Assembly: GCA_053919585.1 (NCBI GenBank)
Contig: CM132798.1
DNA from: Euprymna scolopes
Taxonomy: Eukaryota
Direction: 5' to 3' (one strand)
Length of the DNA: 64,000 bases
Below the pieces are notes generated by a model. The model was not told where the DNA came from and did not search any database. It was given only the letters and a program-made list of their open reading frames with translations. Position 1 is the stretch's first letter; each line of letters opens with the position of its first letter. Below, one piece after another: positions 1 through 12,980 of the stretch. The position numbers and the translations under genes were made by a program.

Positions 1-439
1 ATTGTATACATTGATGTTGGCAAACTTTACATACTCCTACCCGTAAAGTACCCAATGCCTTTCTAGAAATAATTCTACTTAGAAAAATATCGGGGAAACC
101 AATGCCAACAATATTCATTGACAACGGATTCATACAATATGATAATGACGAGTTCGTAAATGACGACAATGCTTTCAATAGAATTTAAAATGCGCATTAA
201 AGATTCCGTTATACATTAAGTCAGCCATGCAACCCTCGACATTCAAAACATAAATTGTGAAAATGTTAGGAAAACATGCGATATATAAGATAAAACAGAT
301 TCACTTTAATTAAAATGAGGTAGATTAAAAATGATTACCATGACAACCATATCGTTCGCATCTAATGATGTCCAATTCGCAGAATAAAGTTTCCCTATTT
401 TTGGAGAAGAACAATAATGCTATGAAATAGTTAAGATGA

Positions 440-865
440 TTGTTGATTATTCGTATTATTTGGATTCTTCCAGCTACTGTCCTCATCTTGATTGTTCTTT
501 TCACAGTGTTTCAGTCAATGTAACCTCAGATCTTCTTCAGACGTACTTGTCAAACTCAGGAACTTTTCTTTAGTTATATGGTTAAAAGCCTTTGTTGACC
601 ATAATGTGATAATACGAACGATCAAACGAAATTATATATGACATTTTTCTAGAGATCCAGGGTTCGATCCCCTGTACAGGCGATTATAACAGAAGAAATG
701 ATAACATTTCCACTCGGTCATGGATTAAGTAAATGATTCAGTTCTAGCTTCCGAATTTGAAATACAAATTCCCAAGTTTGAGGCACCTGGGGAAAGTCAT
801 AGAGTACAGTGGCTGAAATACTGTAAAGATAAAAACCAATATGAAACGAGTAGTCAAAAAATACA
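440..865 (+). mobile_element. tRNA-headed short element with degenerate hammerhead tail, plus inverted copy of its 3' end (Penelope-type non-autonomous element)
   Basis: A-box-like TAGTTATATGG at 571 and B-box GGTTCGATCC at 661-670. A degenerate HHR-like tail CACCTGGGGAAAGTC..GGCTGAAATACTGT lies at 784-824. The reverse complement of 460-563 contains CTGAAGAAGATC...GACTGAAACACTGTG and the same downstream tail. Confidence 0.5.
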
Positions 866-1978
866 CGTAATCTTGTACGTAATCTTTTTTTATACTTTCT
901 ACAAAGTTGTTTAACATTTTGTGAGTAATCTCCTTTCCCTTTCCACGGCTTTTTAAATAAAGTGTTCAGTTCTAAATTTGTACGAGTTTCAGAGTTGACC
1001 ATACGGATTGTCAAGTCCAACTAGAAGGTTCTGAAAAGGAAAAATTGCACCGAAGAAGGTCGGGGGACACGTTGAATAATTCAAATAATCCATACAATAA
1101 TAATAACTTATACATTTAATTATTTATATTAAGATTGAGCTCCGTTATAAAATCATAGTTGTTTTATTATAAAACAGAGACCAAACCAAATGAAACAAAT
1201 TAAATTCGCTATTCATGTAACATTTAATTATACAGGAACAAACAAAAATAATAATCACAGAGAAAGTATGTAATCAGTTGCAAATCGATAATTAAACATT
1301 GTCATAAAAATATAGAGGTTAAACGAATAAATTTCTACTTATTGGACAAGTAATTTTGACGTTCCTGACACTTAATTAAATTAGTTTTTTTTTTTTCGCT
1401 TATTTGCCCTTTTTGCAATCAAAATAAACAATAATGTAGTGTGATAAACTACGTGCCCATCAGTGGATTTTTTTTATTTTCATAGAGTCTGTGTCTGTGT
1501 GTATTGATTAACACTTCTTTTTTATCAACTCGATATTAAAGAAATCCTAGTATATTTTCTCCTATTCAACAACTTAACTTTTTATTCACATTTAATCAGC
1601 TACCTATTAATAATCCCATTTTGTCGGTTAACGGATCTTAATTTTTAACTTAAAAAAATAAGTGTTTACTCACTCAACTCCCCGAAATCTATTGTGTTTT
1701 TACAGTCAAAAGTGGCTCATTCTTAGTGACTCAACTTTTTGCTTCCAACGCCCACGATTTACATGTTTTAACAATTTCTTTTTTAGTGATGTTTACCCCA
1801 AACAAACATATTGCCACTTGGGCATAAAAGGTTACTATTTGGGACCATGTTTAGGAAGATGTCGGTTTACATTAGATTTAAAAGTCTGCATATAAATAGT
1901 CATGGCAGCCACTAAACGTAAGGGGATTCTAAAGTCTGACAGTCTCAAAGAAGAAACTATTAGAGTAAAAGGTTGTCC

Positions 1979-2205
1979 ACACAGCACCTAAGGGACATAG
2001 GTCATCTACAACTTTGGAGATGCTTTTGTAGCGACTGAGTTCTTTTTACGGAGTGAGGGTGCTGACCGCACGCCCAACCTTCCCAGAAGGTACATACAGA
2101 GCCTACCCTTCCCAAATGGTCACCCATCTGGTACTGGCCAGGCTTAACGTTGCTTAACTTCGGTGATCTGGCGAGAACCGGTGTGTCAACGTGACTTTGC
2201 CGTAC
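1979..2205 (-). mobile_element. 5S rRNA-derived SINE (SINE3), family A copy 1
   Basis: Minus strand begins GTACGGCAAAGTCACGTTGACACACCGGTTCTCGCCAGATCACCGAAGTTAAGCAACG...GATGGGTGACC (5S-like), followed by a non-5S tail. It is flanked by a 13-bp TSD TAAAAGG(T/C)TGTCC at 1966-1978 and 2206-2218. A second copy lies at 25610-25847. Confidence 0.85.
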
Positions 2206-4418
2206 TAAAAGGCTGTCCGTATCTAGGGAACTGTACAGTGAAGGAATGCGATTTTGTTTTCAAACAGGTTTGTACTAGATTAGGATTACAGGGATGGGGT
2301 ACAAGTGTAATGAGTTCATCAAAGCACTCTCCGTTTAAATTTGCAAAGTTCTAATTTGGAATTGAAGCAACTTACCTTGGCAGCTCCATACCGAGTAACA
2401 GGCTCCGTGGATCATCAGAATAGAATGCAATATCCTTTTAGGTCCTACGGATCGACAATATCCACGTACCTCCCCTCTACGGATGTGATGTTTCACCCAT
2501 ATTGAGTTCTATAGATCGGTGCACTTGAGTAACTTGCATCATACTTTTAAAAATAAAACCAAATTATCGGTTTTCACCACAGTTAATTTAACCATGCTGA
2601 TGACATCCTCGGCATAGTATTTTGGTTCAGAATTAGAATTTCTTTTTTTTATTTCGAGTCATATTATTCGTTTCCACTTACTTAACTTTGTTTTTATTTA
2701 ATAGAAAATTACTTGCAGAGATTCTTTCTTAATATCACTTTGCAGTGGGACATTTAAAAGTTATGCAGAATGTAATATTTGAAGGTCATGTGAAAATACT
2801 TTAAATTATAGAACTGACTAAGAGTAAACTTTCATATCTACATTCTCATATTTGTTCAATTTTGCTATTGTTTAAAACTTGTCCTTGTTATTGTAACTTT
2901 TGAGAAAATAGACGACTTTTTTTTAAATAGAAAAGAATCCATATTTTTCTTGGTGTTTATGAAAGACTATATAAATGTATAAGTTTTTTTTTAATAAAAT
3001 ATGTTTTGGGTCGATCAATTAGATCCTCGGGAATTTAAATCACAAAGAGTATCAATGATGAACGCCATCCAACATTCATACCAGTGCAGACAACGAGAAA
3101 TTTCCAGTCTAACAACATCTTGAAAAGGCTGTTAACGAACCGGTTTATTATAGCCTCCCTCTTACTGATATGGAAATCTCCCCTTTCGGACGCCCTCTCT
3201 CGCAGTTCAGAACAATTTGGGCCAATGTGGATAACATTATACATTCTGTGTACGGGAATGGATAGGTAAAACGTCGTTGTGAATAGATGCGGGTTACAAA
3301 ACTGATTCAACCATCTGCGAATGTAGAGATGAGAAGCATACGATGCAACATTGCATTTATGCCATCTACTGCCTATGCTATGGTACAGCTTGAAAGCTTT
3401 TGCACAATATAAAATATAATTGTAACAGACTGTGCAAAAAAGTTGGGAACTCTAGTATGACAAAATATACTTCAAAGACACACAGGTATGCATTTGAATT
3501 TAAGTTAAAAAACTTTTTGTTCTTGTACAGCTATCTCAAAAAGACATTGAGCTGATTTTGTGTGTGATGGCTATCTTGAAAGCATCAATAATGCAAAAAA
3601 TTGCGTAAAAAGTGAGAAACTTCTTCAAAGACATACAAGAAAATTTGATCGTTTCCGCGCTAGTGGCTATATATAAACTTAGCGCGTAGTATTTCTATAA
3701 ATAAAATGACCAAACTTTAATAAGATAAACAAAATTGCTTGGAAGTTTTAGAAATAAACAATAACCCAAATCAGTAAAATTAGAAATGGGGGAAAAGAAG
3801 GTCGGTGCTTTTTCTATGCTATGATTTATTACCAAGGTTTTTGTTGAAATTATGTTAAATTATGTAGCAAATTTTGTGTGCTTAAAACAGCATGTAATTA
3901 AATTTAAAAAAAAAACTGCATATTATTTTATAATAGATTGCTATATCTAAGTAAAGCATGTGATAATCATATTTTAGTAACAAAATGTGTAAGTTTTGGC
4001 ACGAGATGCTTTTTCTATGAACAAATACCCCAAAATAAATTACGATGTTCGAGAATAGACATTATCACGAAATAGCAAATTATTATAAAATAATATTCCA
4101 CAACTATTTTTATTTATTTAATTGGCCATAAAGAATTATATACGCATATGCAATTTGCTATTTATAAAATATAAATTGTTTCTGTGCTACTGTGTATCCG
4201 TAATAAATTGGGGTGCGGCGAAATTGCTCACATACATTGTCAATGATAAGCGAGTGTTTATTTAACGTTGACTATTGTTTTGGATTTTAAACGTATATAG
4301 CATTTGGTAAATTGAAATTGACTTATCATGATTTGTAAATGTGATTAATAGATAATTTTATAATAAACTAAGATCCTTTCATTTACGTGATACGTATAAG
4401 CACTTCTAGTAAGTACAA

Positions 4419-4481
<63 letters not shown>
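4419..4481. repeat. (AAT)n microsatellite
   Basis: Perfect AAT array directly 5' of an R4/Dong-like element. Confidence 0.95.
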
Positions 4482-4482
<1 letters not shown>

Positions 4483-7159
4483 GTGCCACTCAAATTCCAA
4501 TACAAACTAATGACCGCTGGAAGCGAGAAATCAACGGTGAGAGGCTGTTGCGACAACGCAAATTTATTAGCAAATGCAATCGAAGGAAGTGGAGAGTGCT
4601 GGACTTTTGGGGAGACTTGTTGTCACTCACCTTCCAGGAAACACCACAGATTTTCAATCAGATCTTTGATGACCTGTATGAANNNNNNNNNNNNNNNNNN
4701 NNNNNNNNNNNNNNNNNNNNNNNNNNNNNNNNNNNNNNNNNNNNNNNNNNNNNNNNNNNNNNNNNNNNNNNNNNNNNNNNNNNNNNNNNNNNNNNNNNNN
4801 NNNNNNNNNNNNNNNNNNNNNNNNNNNNNNNNNNNNNNNNNNNNNNNNNNNNNNNNNNNNNNNNNNNNNNNNNNNNNNNNNNNNNNNNNNNNNNNNNNNN
4901 NNNNNNNNNNNNNNNNNNNNNNNNNNNNNNNNNNNNNNNNNNNNNNNNNNNNNNNNNNNNNNAAAAAGGAAAATAGGAACATATGACTTACTTTAAAAAT
5001 GACCAAAAGATCCCAAAGGAAGTAAAAAATATTTTTTTAAATAGAGCCATAGCATGGACCGACTACAACTAAGTGTGTAGCAGCATCCCTCCAGCATAAA
5101 TAATAAAATACCCCAAAAATGTACAAAATACAAGTGGAGATTATCAATTTGATTGAAAATGCAATGTGAACATGACCAATTAACTGACAGTCGGTGGAAA
5201 ATGATATTAAAATACAAAGAGGTACTTTCCAAGATGATTTCTTATCACAACTACTGTCCATCATAGCAATGATGTCCCTTAGTATTATCCTAAGAAAGTG
5301 CCAATTCGAATACAAGTTGGCCAATACAGATGAAAGAATGAACCACCCAATGTACATGGATGGACTGAAACTTTTTTTGCAAAAACAAAGAAGGAACTAT
5401 AACTGCTAATCAATACAACTAGAATTATTCCGCCAGGATATCCGAATAGAATTCGATATATAAACGTGCGCACAGCTTGTTATAAGAAAGGAAAAAAAAG
5501 TAGAGGCAGCTGAAGACATGGAACTATCCAAGCAGGTGGACATATGGGCTCTAAGCGAACATGACACATACACATATTTAGAGTTTTATAAGCAGACACA
5601 ATCAATACAACAGAAATGATAGAAAAAATTAGAAAGGAATAACGCAAAAGAACTAGAAACTCCTAGTAACTAAACTATATAGTAGAAACCTAGTAGAAAT
5701 TATAAACACATGGGCAGTGTCAACAGTAGACCGAAGAACCGAGACATCTCAACTAGAAAATGAGAAAACATATGGCTATGTACAATGCACTCCACCAAAA
5801 TGATGATGTTTACCGACTCTATGTGAAAAGAACATACCGGGGAAGAGGACTGCTTTGTATAGAAGACTATGTGAATGACACAAATATAGAATTAGAAAAA
5901 TACATAATTCAGAACATTACAAGGATAATTAAAGCAGCAAAAATGAACTACACAGAAAACGGAGAAGCAACGGAAGACGAGAAAAGAAAAATAGGAAGAG
6001 AACAGCTCCACCGACGATTCATGACAAAGTATATGATTAACGAAAACACATGGGCATGGCTACAAAATAAAAATGTAAACAGAGACACCGTATCCGTAAT
6101 AAGAGCCGCACAAGACAATGCGATTAGAACCAGCCACATCAAAGCAGGGATCAACAAGACACAAGAAAACAGCAAATGCAAACTCTGTGGACTAAGAGAG
6201 GGAACAATAAACCACAAAATAAGCGAATGCAACAGCTAGTTAAAAATATTATATTAAACAGGGTCAAGTGGGGAGTGCAGTACACTGGGAGTTATGCAAA
6301 CCACTGCATCTTGAGTTCACAGACAAATAGTACGAGCACAAGCCGGCAGCAATAATTGAAAAATGAAAGTTAGAAAATATTATGGGATATGGACGTACAA
6401 ACAAATAAGCCCGTCAAAGCGTTCTAGGAAACAATCGGAATAACACAACGGAGACGGAGAATCGCAGCAAATACACGGAACTAGCCAGAGAACTGAACGA
6501 AATATGAAATATGAACAAAAATCAAGATAACACTAATAATAGTAGGAGCACTAGGGACAATTTCGAATGACTTCGAAAAGGAATGGAGAAGATTGGAATC
6601 AGAGGGATAGTTGAGAATCTACAACGGATAACAATAATGAAAACGGCTGAAAACGGCTGAAAACCTTGCATGTGGCGACTATTATACATGAGTTACAGAT
6701 GCAAACCGGATATATAAAAACTGCTACAGATGGAAAACACAAACCAACACCACATAGAATCATAAAAAATGAAACTGTATAACATTAAGTTAATCTTCCC
6801 CCAATTTGTTTTTCTTTTAGTGTCATTATAAAGTGGCGCCACACCAAATAATCGAAGAGGGTTAAGAAGAATGGGTAGACCGAGGTGATAAAACACGAAC
6901 AAGATTCTATCGGATGAGTGTAAAGAGTACTGGGAGCTTAGGGAGATGCATTGTAATCCAAATTCAAGTGAATACTGAGAGTCGCTGTGAGAAATCAATC
7001 GTAAACGGCTATTGCGATATCGCAAACTAATTTAAAGGGCTATCAAAGCAGTAGAGAGTATTGGAGATCTGAGTATACTTGTTGTTACTCAGATTCAAGG
7101 GAACACGACAGGTTGGCCTCAAACAGAATTCTTTTATGATGGCCTATGTGAAAACTTCA

Positions 7160-7160
<1 letters not shown>
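4482..7160 (+). mobile_element. Degenerate R4/Dong-type non-LTR retrotransposon (RT + CCHC zinc knuckle + RLE remnants)
   Basis: ORF fragments IKIQRGTFQDDFLSQLL and NHPMYMDGLKLF (RT motifs), HQNDDVYRLYVKRTYRGRGL, and CKLCGLREGTINHKISEC (CCHC). Many stops and frameshifts. Bounded by (AAT)n at 4419-4481 and 7161-7197, with an internal N gap. Confidence 0.8.
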
Positions 7161-7199
<39 letters not shown>

Positions 7200-7807
7200 C
7201 TAACGATGATGATCAAGGATTGTGCAAAGACCGAGCAAGGAAAGCACCACTCAGACCTCTGCTGGAAAGGGTTCCGACAGTACCCCTATTTTGTGTAGGC
7301 TTATTTTTACTCCAATCAACTATATAAGCATTAAAGTACAGGGAACACAGGTACATTCTACCGATATTTGTCAATTGTGACCAATTGCTGCCGTGCCATG
7401 TATAGATGCGTGGCGTGAATAGACTTACCGATATCATTGTACCAACTTTGATAAAATTCAAATCAAATACTCTCGTTAACGTAGTATCAGGAGGTTTTCA
7501 AGGTCTATCTCAAATAACATTGTAGGATTTTATGACAGACTTTTATTTTATCAGTGTTCGGCGCAACCAAATAACTCATGACTTTGTACCTTTTTGGATA
7601 TAAAATACACTACATTTTGAATCTAATTCCAAGGCCAAAAATGTGTTTTTTAGTTCGATTTGCGCGTTCGAGATGATGCTGGCATCAGCTGAAAATGTAC
7701 AGAATTATTCTTTTTATATATTATATTATCGGCGATCGGGCGTTCTCATCTGTTAGAATAGGGATGAGGTATGAAATGTATGTACTAACAATACAATTAC
7801 CTTTCGC

Positions 7808-7860
<53 letters not shown>

Positions 7861-7890
7861 GTTGTTGTTGTTGTTGTTTTTGTTGTTGTT

Positions 7891-9318
7891 GGATCACAAG
7901 GAGCTTTCACGCAGGCCATCGAAGATCTATCCTTGAAACCAACCTGTTGCTTTCCCTGGAAGCCGAGTGACAGCAAGTCTACTCAGATTTCTAGTACTCT
8001 CCACCTCTTTCAAAACCATTTGCAAATGAATTCGCATTATCGCAACAGCTGCTTACCATTGATTTCTCGCTGGCAGTGGCCATTAGTCTTCACTGGAATT
8101 AGAGTGACAATAAGCCTCCTTAAGTTCCCAGTTCACTTCGAGCTTGTCCAGCGGAGCGGAGGTCTAGTCAGCGTTCTCTACTCGTTTTTCCATCTTCCTT
8201 GACACTTCTCGGCTATTTGGTAGCACTCTTTGGGAAAGGGGGTCGATGATGAGGTAATGATGGGAGGGGATAGCTAACTTATAGGTATGCAGCTCCAATG
8301 TTCTTGTTTCCATGTATCACTTCTTCTTTTGCCTCTGCAGCAGTTTTCTGGCCCGCGCATATAGTTCATGTGTATTAGTTTCCGCATTCAAGGGTTTTCC
8401 TTTAGCTGTTTTAATTATTGTTATTCGTTGTATCTTTCCATCCATTCCTGGAACAGCAATTTACGATTTAGCAAGACCTTTCTTTCTTTTAAATTATTAC
8501 GACATCCGTTCTTCTTGCTTTGATGGGTTTGTCTGTTTGCATGTCTCTGTCCCATTGTGATTCTCGTTTTCAAGTACTGTTGCCGGCTATGCTCGTACCA
8601 TTTGTCTATGCCTCTGAGTTTTTTGCATAATTCCCGATATACTGCCCTTCCCACTTGGTCGTGCCTGTTCTTATATTCATTTTGGGCCAGTTTGGTGCAT
8701 CCAATACTATATGGTTTACCGTTTCGTCTATTTGCTATTTTCTTGTGTTTTGTCAATCTTTGTTCTGGTGTGGTTGGTTCTTATCGAGTTATCTTGTGCT
8801 GCAGTTATTAGGGCTTCAGTTCCTCGGTTAACGTGTCCTTTTCGCCTCCATGTCCAAGTGTTTTCATTATATATTGTTCTAATTCATTTTTTGTGTCATT
8901 CAAGCAGTCTTATATACTAACCAGTCCTCTCCTGCTATCTTTCCTTTAAATGTAGAGTCGGTCAACATCGTTCTTTAGGTGTAGTGCATTGTGCATTGTC
9001 ATGAATTTCCTGGTCGAGCTGTTTCAGTTCTTCGTTAGTCCACTCTATGAACGGTCCAGAGTATCTTACTAATGCATGTATTATACCTTTTACTAGGTTT
9101 CTGCTATATAATTTAGTTTCTATGAGTTTTCTGGTTCTTCTGAAGTATACCTTTCCAATTCTGTTTCATCTTTGTTGCTTTGATGGTGTCTGCTTACAGA
9201 CATCTCAAGTATTTATAGGCGTCTTGTATCCGGCTTCAAACTTTCTCAGTATATTGTTTAGGGGCATCATTGCTATGAGGAAGAGTAGTTCTGAATCTCC
9301 TTGGAAGATGCCTCTTTG
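7891..9318 (-). mobile_element. Degenerate 5'-truncated R4/Dong-type non-LTR element
   Basis: Minus-strand fragments QRGIFQGDSELLFLIAMMPLN and KLAQNEYKNRHDQVGRAVYRELCKK. The 3' end resembles 7030-7160. Flanked by (TAT)n/(TGT)n at 7810-7890 and (TAT)n at 9319-9385. Confidence 0.8.
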
Positions 9319-9332
9319 TATTATTATTATTA

Positions 9333-9385
<53 letters not shown>

Positions 9386-9650
9386 GGCTCACAATGAGCT
9401 TTCACGTAGATAATCAAAGATCTCTCCTTGATAACAACCTGTGGCATTCCCTCGAAGCTTAGTGTCCATAAGTCTCCCCAGGTTTCCAGAGTAGTCACAC
9501 AGACCATCATAAAAGATTTATCTTTATGAACAACTTGTGAAATACTCTGGAGTCTGAGAGATAACAAGTCTCTCCGGATGTCCAGTACTATCCACCTCTT
9601 TCTATCATAGCAGCCACTAACTAATTCCACAGAGGACTCATTCATATGTA
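9386..9650 (-). mobile_element. 3'-end fragment of the same R4/Dong-type family
   Basis: Similar to 7891-8130 (GAGCTTTCACG...AACCTGT...AAGTCT) and abuts (TAT)n. Confidence 0.6.
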
Positions 9651-9657
9651 ATATATT

Positions 9658-9910
9658 TGCTATGGTGTTAAATGGTAATAAACGAAAGGAACACAGGACT
9701 TGTAGGAACGAACATGTATTCACATATATTACAGGCAAAAGCAGGTTGAGCAATACCACTCCTCAACTGTAGGGCGGTTGCACACTACCTCCTTGGCCGC
9801 GTACCAAACTCTGACTGCCGGGCACCGGTACTCGATACCGGAAGTGACGTCACCAGTGGAAGTGACGTCATCAGATAGGCCGTTAATCCCATAGAAGGGA
9901 GTCTCTTACA
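9658..9910 (-). repeat. 3' LTR of Gypsy element
   Basis: Direct repeat of 13901-14145 with TG...CA ends. Confidence 0.9.
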
Positions 9911-9943
9911 ATCCCCTCTCAAGCTTTTTGTTCGTAAAAGGTG

Positions 9944-11260
9944 TCAGTACCTCTTCCTTTTAGGGTTTACCATAAATGGCTCGGTAAACTTTCTCTTACG
10001 GAATGACCGCCGTAGTTCAGCTGTTGGTTTAGGAGGTTCAAGATACAAAGTTTTGAAGAGAGTGTCTATCAGCTCATCTTTCAATGGTGGACTGTCGCTG
10101 GTTTCAACTGATCGACATCTTCTTAGTTGGTTCTGGTGACGTTTGTGGTTATATGTTGGTCCTTGGACGATATATACCATGTCACCGATTATCTTAGTAA
10201 TTGTACCCACCTCCCAGAATGATGTGTTGTTTTTATAACTTTTGAAAAACACTCTTTCACCTTATATAAAGCGTTTACTGGGTACATAAATGGTCACTAG
10301 TGGCCTTGACTGTTTGGGTAAGAGCTTGTGAAAAACCGATCTCATTTTCCGCGCAAACATCGTTTCTGCAGGTGAGAATGCTGTTGGTGTGTTCGGGTTG
10401 AGTGTAATCCTATACATGGGTAGAATTTGTTGCAGTGCTTCATCTGTTGAGGCCTCTTGAGCCTTCTTCAGTGCTCTTTGAAGAGTGTCCACGAAGTGTT
10501 CCGCTTGCCCATTCGATCATAGATGGTATTGGGGAGTGGTGATATGATTAATTTGGAACGTATCACAAAAACTTTTGAACTCCGCAGACGTAAAATGGGT
10601 TCCATTATCACTTACGATGCAATCGACTACATTGAAACATGTGACCAGTTCATGTAAGAAATTTGTAGTCGTTCCTGTTGTCGGTCTTCTGCACCTCAAT
10701 ACCTCAGGCCACTTGGTGAAACTATCGACTACGATTAAGTAATAATTGTCCTCGAGCGGATCCGTAAAATCGATGTGCACTCTAGACCATGGCTGGTCAG
10801 TCTTCAGCCAAGGTTTAAACGTAATTGGTGGTGATTTCGTCGCAAGGGCACAGCCTGTGCACGGGCCTATCCTCTCATTGATATCCTTGTCCATATTAGG
10901 ACAATAAACATAGCTTCTGATCAAACTCTTCATACGATTTTTCCCAGGATGTTCCGTGTGAAAATCCCGTAGAATTCATTTTTGGAGACATTTGGGAATC
11001 ACCGCTCTTTCGCCGTACAGTAAAACCTCATTGCAAAGCGAAAATACTTCCGGAAGATCGCTCTTTGTGGCGATCTTATTTTTATGTTGCAGATGAAGCC
11101 ATTTTAATCTCCGGTAGAGACACCGGGAGTTCTAATTGTGTTGCCCATCATCGTTTTGTTTCTCCTTCCGCCCGAAGAGTGGCAATGATGGAATCTTCAA
11201 ATAGGCCCTTTTTCAATGGTATCAGCCTAGATAGGCTATCCGCATGGCTAATTTGTTTCT
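9944..11260 (-). pseudogene. Gypsy integrase remnant (frameshifted)
   Basis: ORFs 10517-10933, 10262-10492 and 9944-10252 are consecutive pieces of a zinc-finger + DDE integrase. Confidence 0.85.
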
Positions 11261-11429
11261 CATCAGTTCTGTCAGCCTCCTTAGGTAGCTTTGGCTTGGG
11301 GAATTCTTTTGACGCGGGTTTTTAGCTTCCGGCTTTGCAGTTTCAGTTTTTTTTGTTTTTTGTTTTTTTTTTTTTGCTTACTTTGGCAGATTCCGTTGAA
11401 GCTTCCTTTTTCGATTTCTCTGTTTCTGC

Positions 11430-12980
11430 AAATTGGACGTTTCGTTTTTCCTTGCAAACAGGCAGAGTGTGTTCTCTTAGTTCGTGTCTTGCTATAGTCT
11501 TTGTACATTTTCCTAGTCCTGGTGAGAATATTTCAGGAAATTCCACTTTTAACTCGTCTTTCAGTTGTTGCACTTCCGTAGACGAGTCTTCTACCCTATG
11601 ACAGAATTTATTCATAAGTTGGTCCCACAATTCGAATCGCTTCATCCAATCAGTACAGAAGAGGTTTTCGGATGTCCTATGTACATACACTTTCCATTTT
11701 TTAGTAATACAATTTCGGTCACCGGGAGTGTGAGCTCTCTCTCAAATTCCACTTCATCGCCTGTCACAGCTCGAGCTGATTTGTTCGTCTTCCACATGGT
11801 TGGCTTCCTTAGCCTTTTCCATGTCTTAAGGTTAATGATGGACAAGTCTGATCCGGAATCCAATTGTAGATGGACAGTTTTATTTGCGATATTAACTGTG
11901 ACATATTTGCGCCGGTTTTTATCCGGATCCAAGTCGGATCTAGTCTGTCGGACGCTGTTCTTGACGCTGTTCTTCCTGCACGGGATCGCTTTGTGGCCCT
12001 TCCTGCCACCTTCGCTGCAGTACTTATCTTTGTAAAAACATTGACTTGACCAATGTTTGCCGCCGCAGCAATAGTACGGACTTGTATGTGGTTCGGGTCT
12101 TGTGACGTGGTGGTACTTATTAGGTGTAGCCTGAGTTTTCTTACTTCCAGCTTTGCTTTTTCGGAGTGAATATTTTTCCGGTCTGAAGGTTGTCCTGTTG
12201 CGCCTGACTCCTCGACGTGTCTCGAGTTGTTCCTTACGCAGACTACCCGTTGACAATCCTCGGCCAACTTCTGGAGGGCGACGCCCTGTTCGCTCTGAAG
12301 TCTAGAGAGAACACGCCGTCTAATCTCAGCGTTTTTGGAAGAGACTAGACCCTGCGCAAAAATTAAACACTTGAAGCCGTCTGCCGATAAGCAGACAGAC
12401 GGAAATCGTCGCAGTGTTTATTTAACACGGGCGCGAAAGTCAGGCAATCGTCAGCTTTCGCTTTTTTGCAGGATAAAGCACTTCCATCTTCTATGAAAGT
12501 CGTAGAATTCGGGCTGAAGAGTTCGGATAAAAGTTTGACCGTTACAGAAAATTCCAATTCACTCGTCTTCCTGGGGAGAATGTAATCCACAAACTTAAAA
12601 GTAGGCAAACTTTTTTAGCGTTGCTCCATTCTTGATAATCCACAGTGAATAGGTCCTCATATCTCCAATAGAAAACGTCAAATGTCCCATCCAACGCCGG
12701 TTGGTAGTTGAACGTTTCTATAGCGTTTCATATCGTACTTTTGGAAAAAGCAAAACTCACGTCTCTGTGTTCCGTTCTAGCGAATATTTTTAACAATAGC
12801 TTTTTTTGTCTCTGTTATTGGAGTAGCATTCTCTCCTCCAACGTTTATTGCCTCTCTAGAAAGTGTAACTGGAGCTGTTTATCACGTTCTTTCAAATTTT
12901 CCTCAACCATCTGCTGGTCCATCTGGGCCTTGATTAGCTGTGTTGCATACTCCTTTAACCTCCTACATCTTGCGATGCCT
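11430..12980 (-). pseudogene. Gypsy gag-protease remnant (frameshifted)
   Basis: FVDYILPRKTSELEF (gag), YYCCGGKHWSSQC/GHKAIPC knuckles, DSG aspartic protease motif, and the FPEIFSPGLGKC pre-RT linker. Confidence 0.8.

Noticed and set aside
2090-2205. 5S rRNA gene
   Set aside because: It is diverged, fused to a shared non-5S tail and flanked by TSDs, so it is a SINE head. The same reasoning (divergence and shared tails) applies to 25735-25847 and 38325-38430.
2210-3350. Possible L1/Tx1-like coding remnants
   Set aside because: The composition is suggestive but no diagnostic motif could be identified by eye.
4387-4986. ORFs with poly-I, poly-Y, YI/CV/HT runs or X runs (many in the track)
   Set aside because: These are translations of microsatellites and N gaps, not proteins.
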